Source: Octopus sinensis (taxonomy: Eukaryota). Taken from it: 64,000 bases of DNA. The stretch lies in NCBI RefSeq assembly GCF_006345805.1, contig NC_043001.1, positions 62,434,001 through 62,498,000 of the forward strand, given 5' to 3'. The translations under genes and the position numbers were made by a program. The stretch's first letter is position 1. Every line of letters starts with the position of its first letter. The notes under the pieces were generated by a model, which was not told the origin of the DNA, did not search any database, and was given only the letters and a program-made list of their open reading frames with translations. This document shows positions 12,546 through 21,848 of the stretch, piece by piece.

Positions 12546-12591
12546 AAGCGATCTAAGCGGTGGAAACGCATTTCAGTTTTATATATAGAGA
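12546..12591 (-). mobile_element. Short Helitron-type 5' terminus
   Basis: A|TCTCTATATATAAAACTGAAATG, nearly identical to the 5' end at 27149. Confidence 0.55.
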
Positions 12592-13825
12592 TATATTTTT
12601 TAAAAAAAGAGAGATATAAGAATTAATATCTATCGTAACTTATATCTATCAATATATATATATAAAAAGATATAATAGCGAGAATAATATGTTAATGGAA
12701 AGTAAGAAAACCTTTCAACCCTAAAATTAAAGAAAGGTGCAAAAATATTAGAATCAAAGAACAATACACTAAGAAGATATACAAGCACAATCACCAGTCC
12801 TATAACAATATAATAAATATAAAGCCAGTCGATAACAATAACAATAATAACAACAATCAAACTCAAAATAATAACAAGATCTAACCAATATTGATAAACA
12901 AACTAAATTACTAAGTTCAACGATTAAGTTAATCTATCTGGATTTTAAATTTATTAATATGTTTTAGCGTCTAATTAATATACTCAATACAATTCCTCTT
13001 CATGAATAATACAATAAAAAATTTGAAATAGTACAAGTATACTCAAATCCATTATATAAACTAGTTATATTAATATCCATGTATAATATCTATAGATTTA
13101 ATATATCACATGATAAAAAATTTAAGCATAAACTTTATATTAAAATAAAAACTAGTTTATTTAAAAATAATACTATTTAATGAAAATATTATCTAATTAT
13201 TAAAAGAAATATAGTCTAACAATATTAATTTTCAAATTAAATAATATGTAAAACGTTAAAATCTTGTATAATAATTAAAGGATAACATATCCAATATCGA
13301 ACATAAAAAATACTATCAAGAAACTCTAAATAAATAATAATATTACAACAACAATAATAATATTTCAAAAACACAACGAAATAGAGAAACGATAAAATGT
13401 CAAACTTAGCTTTGTGAAGTGAAAGAGTAACTGATTTTTAAAGTAAAATAGTTAAAGCGTTTATAAAATTTATCGTGGTTAGACTTAGTGCAAACAAATC
13501 AAATAAATACTCAATGAAAATGGCAAAATTTTTTTATCAACGAAAAATACGAAAAAACGAAAAAACATTAAAACCTCATGAACTAAAGAAATATGAGAAA
13601 AAAAACACAACTTATGGAGAAATTAATATGAAGACACCCAACTAAAACTAACAGACACCTATTAATATATCAATAACAAATTTAATCACAGCTAAGCATT
13701 AATCCCAAAATAATACAAAATAATACAAAATCCAAACGAAAAGGAGAAAAGAACGTTGCTAAGTTAGTTGAGAAGAATCACTAGAATATAAATGTAAATA
13801 ATAGTAAGAAAACCTATCAACCCCA
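12592..13825 (-). other. AT-rich region (T-rich on minus), UTR or spacer following ORF1
   Basis: Strong A/T strand skew, no meaningful ORF, directly downstream of the reconstructed ORF1. Confidence 0.45.
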
Positions 13826-13829
13826 GGAT

Positions 13830-14562
13830 GTTTGTTTTTTCCTCCAGGCCACAGTGGAGGAAGAGGAATTTTGGAAAGGGCAGAAAATAGTAATAGCCAT
13901 TCAGGCGGAAGTTCAAACACTGGAGGAGATTCCAGAAACTTTTAAAATAAGTGAAGAAGAGAGAATAACAGTTTTCGTGGAGGGCAGAAAGCCGAGGTGC
14001 TTCGGCTGCGGCAAGAAGGGTCATGTAAGGGCAGAATGCCAACCCTAACCCAAACCGCAGGAAGCACCTCAGCCAGATGGAAAAGAAGATAAAGTGTCAC
14101 CAGAAGCAGCGCCGGGCAGCCCAGAAGGGACGACTGAAGGTGTGGAGGTGACGGAGACAGCAGAACCAGCGGCGGAGGAAAATAAGAGCGAGGAAAAGAA
14201 AAATGAGGAGGGGTGGGCAAAAATCACCAGAAAAAAAAGAAAAACAGAAACCACCCCTCCCAGAGTGAACTTAAAAAAGAAAAGAGAGTCGATGAACTCA
14301 TATATGGCTGTTAAGGCATCAAACAACAGACTCGGGAACGTATTGGCAGCTATGGCCAAAGTAGAGAAAATAGGGAAAAAGAACGACTATGTAGTTTACA
14401 GAATAGGCCGGAAGGATTACGGGCAGATAAAGTCCGAATTCTTCCATGACGTAGGCCCACTTAGAATGGATGTGACATCTCCACATATATTCGAGGGCCT
14501 ACGTCAGACTCCCCCACGAGGCCCTGAAAAAGAGTTAAACAAAAAAGAAAAAGAGAAAACCG
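13830..14562 (+). pseudogene. Tx1 ORF1 (gag-like) C-terminal half, inverted
   Basis: VFVEGRKPRCFGCGKKGHVRAEC (CCHC knuckle). One in-frame stop at 14046-14048. Confidence 0.9.
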
Positions 14563-15205
14563 AACCACTGTGGCCTGGAGGATGTTTATTTTTTCCTCCA
14601 GGCCTACCATCACTGCTGCCACCAAACATTCGGCATCTGCCTCTGGGGGAATGTTGTTCATCGTGATTCTCGATGTTCTTTTCCCTCTATACAAGGGGAG
14701 GAGAACAATGTTCTCCGCTTTAATCGGCTCCATAGATAGTTTTTTTGCTATCTCCTCTGTAGTAAAACGCACCTCCACTGTGCCGTATCTCTTTCCTCTG
14801 TTAATGTAAGTTATCTTGTCCATTAATGGTTTTAGACAATTCTCTATTTTTTTTTCTTCAATTTTTTGTATCATTTTTGTCATCGTGTTAAATGTCTTAT
14901 AGATTATTCTTTGTTTTTCTATTTCATCGTGTTTTTGGACGTTTGTGACCACTGTCACTTCCGTGCCCTCTTTTGTGACACAGTCCGCATATTTTTTCAA
15001 GTCTTCCACGTTTATTTTTTTTATCTTTTTACCGGCCACTTCAGAGAATTTTTTTGCTGGAGCTGGTGCTGGTGCTGGGTTTTCCTTTTTCTTTGGCGAC
15101 ATCGCTTCTTTTTTCTTTGGCGACACCGCCTCTTTTTTCCTTGGCGACATTGCCGGAGACTCCTCTTCACTCGTCACGGGAGAATAAGAGATGGGGGACT
15201 CCATC
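14563..15205 (-). pseudogene. Tx1 ORF1 N-terminal half
   Basis: RIIYKTF...RGKRYGTVEVRF...LLPLYRGKR...LQATV. Joins in frame to EEEEFWKG at 13857(+). Homologous to 15583-16914. Confidence 0.9.
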
Positions 15206-15426
15206 TCGAACAGTTGGCTTAACAAGCCCTTGGTAACTTCAAGATGAATGATATTTTTCCCCCACGGAGGGGGGAACACCAACGCGAAGTCCTCGCGTGA
15301 AGGCTGACTTCAACAGTTAGACAGCAATAGACAAAAACAGGTAGACAAACAGTAGAGAATAACAGAGATAATAATACGACGGCAAAAATATATTAACTTA
15401 CAATAAACGCAAATAGCTTTTCTCCA

Positions 15427-17095
15427 TGTTATTTCTTTATTACCCACCAGGGGCTACGAAGATTGGCTTACATAACAAAACATGGGGGACATAGAACAAA
15501 ATGATTAAATTTATGAGCAAATGAATATTAAAATGAAAAAATGATAATATGAAAGCGATGCTAACGGCCCCCTCCGCCAGCATCACTTACCTGTCCTTTT
15601 GTTTTCACTGTCACCTGAATGTTCATTCCCAATACGTAGACCATCCATATCCATTCTTACTCCGAAATACTCCTCCATATTTTCCACGAATTCATCGCTC
15701 ATTCTTGTATCTTTCACCTCCCAATTCTCCCTTTCACACCTCAACACAAACTCATCTATATTCTTCTTTTCCAGCACTGCATATCTGGTCTCACCTATTT
15801 CATACCATTTATACTCTTCCATTACCCTTTTAACTTCTTTCTGTTCAGTCATAATATAAATGTTCGACCTGGGTTCGTTTTCAAACTCTTGTCTGTCTGT
15901 ATTATTTTTTTTCTTTTGTTTTCTTGTTGGAGGGGAGCGGGTGGGTTCACTGTCTGCAGGGATAGGGTGGGTCTCAGAGGGTGTGGGTGGTGTTGGGGTG
16001 GATTGGTGTTCTATGTTATTTTCTTTTCCTCGTATTCTCCTCTTCCTCTTATTCCCAGCTTCTTTCCATTTCTGTGAATTCTCTTCTTCTACTGTCTCCT
16101 TCTCCTCTGGTTTCTGCTTCTCTCTCTGTGGTTCGGAATCCATTTCTTTCACTGGGGGAGGGCAAAAGGCTCTTATGTGACCCCTCAGGCCACACTTGTA
16201 ACAACGTGGGGCTCTGCCCTCCACCCACACTCTCATGATCACGTCTCCCAATCTGATGCTTTCCGCCAGGTCCACCAGTACTTCGTTCTCTGCCTGCACG
16301 TTCAGTTCCACTGTTACGCCTCTCCAGCCCTCGGTCTTAACCGAGGCATGGAGAATATCCACTTCCTCCTCGTGGCCGCTAATCACAGCCGCCACAATCC
16401 ACTCGGCCTCAACGTTTGGTGGCACTCCCTCCACCCTTACTCGTGTAATCCTTCTATTTAGATATGTAGGCAAAAGAGTTACCTTCTCGGATTTCACCGC
16501 CTTCGCCGCCATCTTCCTTGCTGCATTCTCACTTTTAAACTGTACCACTACAGTACCATACTTTGATCCTCGAGTCAGAAAATTAATTTCCTCCTCCGTT
16601 CTTCTCAGCGCCTCCTCTATCCACTCCATGTTTACAACTTCTATCTTCTTCCTTTCGTTTGCGAACACCCTGTATATAATGGTCCTTTTATCATACCATT
16701 CTTTTCTCTTGGGTGTCGGTGCTAGTTCGACCTCACCGCTATCCTTTTTCATATATTTCTGGTAACTTGGCAGCTTGGCCAAGTCCACCCCTTTCTCTTC
16801 CGCCTTCTTGGTTACACCAGCATAGGTATAACCCAGCTTTCGATCCATCATTCTCACTGCCTGTTCCAGTTCCTCCTCAGACGTAGACAAGTCTGATAGG
16901 GAATCAAAGTCCATTTCCTTCTGTCTGACAGACCGAAAACGGCCGCCCGAACAGAAAAAGTGTAACTCGTAGAACCAGTGTAACGCGAAACCGCATCAAC
17001 GACGTTCAAAATTTCCACAACAACAACAATACTTTTTGTTCTTTTTTCTTTTTTAACCGAATTTTACAGAGCGCAAAAAACCACGACCGACGGTG
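15427..17095 (-). mobile_element. ORF1-only (HAL1-like) Tx1-related non-LTR element, about 1.67 kb
   Basis: Single ORF, short 3' UTR with AATAAA and a terminus shared with the ORF2 element. No EN/RT. Confidence 0.8.
15583..16914 (-). CDS. Intact 443-aa gag-like ORF1 with CCHC zinc knuckle
   Basis: VWVEGRAPRCYKCGLRGHIRAFC; basic/proline-rich tail; ATG to stop uninterrupted. Confidence 0.9.
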   Translation of the reverse strand: MDFDSLSDLSTSEEELEQAVRMMDRKLGYTYAGVTKKAEEKGVDLAKLPSYQKYMKKDSGEVELAPTPKRKEWYDKRTIIYRVFANERKKIEVVNMEWIEEALRRTEEEINFLTRGSKYGTVVVQFKSENAARKMAAKAVKSEKVTLLPTYLNRRITRVRVEGVPPNVEAEWIVAAVISGHEEEVDILHASVKTEGWRGVTVELNVQAENEVLVDLAESIRLGDVIMRVWVEGRAPRCYKCGLRGHIRAFCPPPVKEMDSEPQREKQKPEEKETVEEENSQKWKEAGNKRKRRIRGKENNIEHQSTPTPPTPSETHPIPADSEPTRSPPTRKQKKKNNTDRQEFENEPRSNIYIMTEQKEVKRVMEEYKWYEIGETRYAVLEKKNIDEFVLRCERENWEVKDTRMSDEFVENMEEYFGVRMDMDGLRIGNEHSGDSENKRTGK

Positions 17096-17790
17096 TGAAA
17101 ATCTTCTTTTTTCTCTACATTGTATACTTTATAGACAATAGTCTTTTCTTTAATTTAATTTTTTATTATCCATCTGGACTATTCTATTTCTGCACTCCCG
17201 GACCCTAAGTAAGGCATGTGTAAAATTTGAATGAAATTGGTTGTGTAGTTCTCAAGTTTTAGGGAAACACACAGACACACATTCTCAGTTTTATATATAT
17301 ATCTAAAGATAGTATTTTCTTTAATTTAATTTTTTATTATTCATCTGGATTATTCTATTTCTGCACGCTAATTTTATTTTTAATTTATTCCCATTCATGT
17401 GAAACCACTTATTCAAGTTCAAGTCATTGATGCAATTTTATACCAATTGCTATTTTTTACTTTTGTTATGTTACGATTATATTATATTTTGGTTTGATTT
17501 TAATTATTACTTACTACATATAATTCAATTGTTATTATTATTTTTATTGTTAAAGTGAAAGTATCTGACATAAAATAGAGAAATGTTTTTGTTTCACTTT
17601 TAACACGTAATACTGAAATAGTGGAGAAGATATAATATTGCTATGGGCTCGCTCTAGGCAAGAAGTTGGACATTTTTTTGCCCATGACACTCCCTGGACC
17701 CTAAGTAAGGCATGTATAAAATTTGAATGACATTGGTTGAGTAGTTCTCAAGTTTTAGGGAAACACACAGACAGACAGACACACAGACAC
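17096..17790 (-). mobile_element. Non-autonomous Helitron 5' parts (two 5' termini, about 17300 and 17785)
   Basis: Resumes AAATCTT..TTTTCTCTACATTGTATACTTTATAGACAA as at 8402-8438. TATATATAAAACTGAGAATGTGTG starts on minus. 17380-17785 matches 26630-27145. Confidence 0.8.
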
Positions 17791-19282
17791 ACATTCTCAG
17801 TTTTATATATATATAAGTACACTATACACACGTACAGATATGGATACATCCCTACACACATGGATACATCCCTCAGAGCACAAAGATTCACCCAACCAGA
17901 CACATACAGAGATCACATCAACACTACCATCATGGAGCACATGCACACGCATACAGGTGCACCCACAGACACTCTCACACAGGCACACTTACACCCTCAC
18001 ACAATGCTCACAGACCCACCCCCATACACACGTGCCCCTTCACACTCACACATATACATTAACATGTGCTGAGTGGAAGTCTCTGGTGTGTACCGATATG
18101 TACATGTGTATATCTGTGTATGAATGTGTGTGTGTATAATTGTGTTAGTGTATAAGTGTATTTGTCTGCAGACTGTGAGACTGTGGGTGTCAATGTACAT
18201 TTGGATTTGTATGTCCTGTGGTGTGGCTGTGATGGGGCGCGTGAATGAGGTTTTGATACTGTGTTTAACACATATTTTCTTAACCTTATATCTGACTTTA
18301 TGTGTGTGTGTGTGTGTGTGTGCATGCGCATATGTTCCTTATGGATTTGAAAACTGAGTTGCTGATTTTGGCGCATGAGGTATCAAAAGATTCAGTAATC
18401 TTTTGGCTACCAAATAAAGTTTTATGCACAACAACTCTTTTTTACTACAAAAATAACCTCAAAAATGAGGTTGGGTTGCACAATTTTGAGGTCTTTAGTT
18501 AAGGGAGGCAACTCTACCTGAACAATCTATGTCTTAGATAGAGCATATGAGAAAATACTTAAAATACAGGAGTTTTACCAGAGAATAAAACTTTGAAGAT
18601 ATACCATCAACTTTATTAGTATTATTTCGTAGATAATCTTTTAATGTGAAGTATGTTTGTCTGTCTTTTGTTTAGCCCAGAGTTGCCTCTGATGTAGCAG
18701 ACCCGTCACATAGTTTTTTTTCTTTCTGAAATACTCTAAATCTGTGTCTTTCTTTCAATGAAAGGGTGTGTTTTAAGAGAGATTTGGCAGCTATTTGAAG
18801 TAGCTCAAGTTACCACAGACACACCTCTGTGTATGTTTTGTTGTGGTGAAAAAAATACTTTTTTTTAGAATATTTTGCACAAAGATTTTTTAAAGAAATC
18901 TTTCTTACTGCTAACCATTCAACTTCAAATTACAATTGTTAATTGTTGGAAGTCAAGGATATTGAGATGTACATATAGTGCGATTGTATAGAGTGAAAGT
19001 TTAATATAAAGTTTTGAACTCATTATCTTGTGGTTAGTATTACATCACCTTAAATTTGAAGCCATTAAGTCCTTAAACATTATTTTACTGGGTTTAGTCT
19101 TTCGACTGTCGCCATGATGGGACGTCACCTTCAAAAATTTAATTGATCATATTGACCACAGTACGTATTTCAATCTGGTATTTATTTTATAGATCTCTAC
19201 TTGATGAACTGCTAACTTTGAGACATATGGGACACAATACTCAATTTAACAACAAATGTAAAACACACATATATTAGGTGCA

Positions 19283-19430
19283 AGAAGGACTGCAGTTAAG
19301 GAGATTACTTCCCAACCACATGGCTCCATATTCAGTCCCTCTGCATGGTACCTTGGGCAAGTGTTTTCTACTATAGCCCTAGACCAATCACAGACTTGTG
19401 ACTAAATCTTATAGATGGAAACTGCAGCAT
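19283..19430 (+). mobile_element. Decayed tRNA-SINE (family 2) 5' part
   Basis: CCAACCACATGG...TTCAGTCCC..TGCATGGTACCTTGGGCAAGTG matches 21107-21250. Confidence 0.6.
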
Positions 19431-19549
19431 TGTTCATCAGAAAATGTCCAAAAAACATGTTTATAAAGAAGAGTTGTTTGTTTCATACTCCTTGTGTGCC
19501 AATTCTGTCCATAAGAAAGGAACAAATAATACAATGTGGCTGTAGGTCA

Positions 19550-19582
19550 TAACACCCGGGCAATGCTAGGGTGCACTGCTAG
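19550..19582 (+). mobile_element. Helitron 3'-end remnant
   Basis: ACCCGGGCAATGCTAGGGT hairpin-like sequence, then CTAG|T, resembling the 21665 terminus. Confidence 0.45.
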
Positions 19583-19606
19583 TGTATATATATATATATA
19601 TATATA

Positions 19607-20853
19607 CAGGGGTTGGACAAAATAATGGAAACACCTAGCATTATAACGTTGAAATATCTATAAAACCATCAAAAGCTTGTTTATTTTCATGGTTTTTATT
19701 TATTTATTTATTATTAGTGTTGCTTAATATGTTTTGCTAAAATTGCTGTTTCTTTTCAGATATCATCAGAAAAAGTAATTAAAATTCATTAAAATGACAG
19801 ATCTATTGGACTTTCAAAGAGGTCAAATTGATGGTGTTCATATGGCAGGCACTAGCATAACAAAAACAGCCAAAATGTTTGGTGTATCAAGAAGTACTGT
19901 CTCAAAAGTAATGTCAGCCTTTGAGAAAGTGGGAAAAACTGCCTTGTCGAAACAAAATTCCAGAAGAAAACCAAAACTTTCAGACAGGGACTGTCGGACT
20001 CTTATGCAAATTGTTAGATAGGATCGCTAAAGTACAGCTCAAATAATACTGTAGAGCTTAATGACCACCTCGAGAACCCAGTTTCCATGAAAACTGTTTG
20101 CAGAGAGCTGCACTAAACCGGATTTCACGGGAGAGCTGTAATCAGAAAAACTACTACTTTCAAAAACAAACATTGCTAGGCATTTAGAGTGGAATAAAAG
20201 CCCACAGATTTGGTCCCTAGAGCAGTGGAAGAATGATATTTTCTCAGACAACCCGTCCTTTACCTTATTTCCAACCACCAGCCAAGTATACATGTGGAGA
20301 CAGCCAAAAGAAGCATTTGACACAAACTGCCTTCTTCTAACTGTTAAACATGGAGGAGGATCTGTGATGATCGGGGGGGGGGGGCTATATCTTGGAAATC
20401 CAACAGAATTAATAGTCAAGACTATTTAAGCATTTTATCAAATCCATCCTATGGTTGTGGAACTGTTTCCAAAGGGACATGCAATCTTTCAGGATGATAA
20501 TGCGCCAATTCACACAGCTAAAGTTGTTACTGAATGGTACGAGGAACATTCTAGTGAAGTTGAACATCTTGTCTGGCCACCACAGTCCCCAGATCTCAAT
20601 ATTATTGAACATTTATGGTGCATTTTAGAAAAACAAGTAAGGGGTCGATATCCTTCACTATCATCATTACAAGAATTGGAAACTATTTTAGCTGAAGAAT
20701 GGACAAAAATTCCTTTGAAAACAATTCAAACTTTGTACGAGTCCATACCTCATAGAATTCAAGCTGTAATTACTGCCAAAGGTAGTCCTACTCCATATTA
20801 AAATAAATTTGTTTGAAATTGTAAGGTGTTTCCTTTATTTTGTCCAACCCCTG
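19607..20853 (+). mobile_element. Tc1-like DNA transposon, DD36E (Incomer-type), 1247 bp
   Basis: 30-bp TIRs CAGGGGTTGGACAAAATAAWGGAAACACCT (1 mismatch), TA on both sides, decayed transposase. Confidence 0.95.
19794..20801 (+). pseudogene. Tc1 transposase, disrupted by stops and frameshifts
   Basis: HTH part MTDLLDFQRGQI...FGVSRSTVSKV; FQDDNAPIH...WPPQSPDLNIIEHLW with 36 residues between D and E. Confidence 0.9.
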
Positions 20854-20910
20854 TATATATGATTGTGTGTGTGTGTCTGTATTTTATATATACATACATA
20901 TATATATATA

Positions 20911-20998
20911 TCATCATCATCATCATCATTTAACATCCGCTTTCCATGCTGGCATGGGTTGGACAGTTTGACTGAGGAGTGGCATATCAGGAGGCTGA
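20911..20998 (-). mobile_element. RTE 3'-tail remnant
   Basis: (CAT)n TTAACATCCGCTTTCCATGCTGGCATGGGTTGGAC. Confidence 0.75.
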
Positions 20999-21019
20999 TG
21001 TGTGTGTGTGTGTGTGTGT

Positions 21020-21088
21020 ATACCAGTAATTATTAAAATATATAATGTAGAGCGACTCTACGTTATATATTTTAATAATTACTAGTAT
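21020..21088. repeat. 69-bp near-perfect palindrome
   Basis: 33-bp arms with 2 differences and a 3-nt loop (CGA). Confidence 0.9.
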
Positions 21089-21106
21089 TTTTATATTTTT
21101 ATGTAA

Positions 21107-21510
21107 GGAGTGGCTGTGTGCTAAGTAGCTTGTTTATCAACTACATGGTTCCGGGTTCAGTCCCACTGCATGGCACCTTGGGTAAGTGTCTTCTGCTATA
21201 GCCTCAGGCCAACCAAAGCCTTGTGAGTAGATTTGGTAGATGGAAACTGAAAGAAGCCCGTCGTATGTATGTATATATATATATGCGTGTGTGTGTTTGT
21301 GTGTCTGTGTTTGTCCCCCTAGCATTGCTTGACAACCCATGCTGGTGTGTTTATGTCCCCATTACTTAGCGGTTCAGCAAAAGAGACCGATAGAATAAGT
21401 ACTGGGCTTACAAAAGAATAAGTCCCGGGGTAGAGTTGCTCGATTAAAGGCGGTGCTCCAGCATGGCCACAGTCAAATGACTGAAACAAGTAAAAGAGAG
21501 AAAGAGAGAG
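21107..21510 (+). mobile_element. tRNA-derived SINE (family 2), full length
   Basis: GGAGTGGCTGTGTG A-box, GGTTCAGTCCC B-box, central TA/TG repeat, tail GGCGGTGCTCCAGCATGGCC..CTGAAACAAGTAAAAGAG. Confidence 0.9.
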
Positions 21511-21848
21511 ATATATGTAAAGCATAAGTTATACATGTATGTATATTGTTATAATGGTTTGTTTTTTTTAAATAAATAAATAGACATAATATAATGTCTA
21601 AAAGTTGATGAATACAACCTCTTGATCCCCTCCATTTTCTTATTGCTAAATAATTATATATATACTAGCAGAGATACCCGGCATTGCCCGGTTACATTCA
21701 ATTGAAGAATTAGACTTTTCTGTTATATATATATGGATACACACACACACACATATATATATATATATGTATATTAATATAAATACATGAAAGTACATGA
21801 AGTTTGTTAAAAAAAGGGGATCATGTATATACCTTCTGGCTGTTGAGA

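Noticed and set aside
17800-18330. His/Thr- and Cys/Val-rich ORFs
   Set aside because: Degenerate CA/TG microsatellite region.
19750-19775. Minus-strand CTGATGA TATCT GAAA
   Set aside because: No stem II, no stem III/UH and no stem I partner; lies within the Tc1 5' region.
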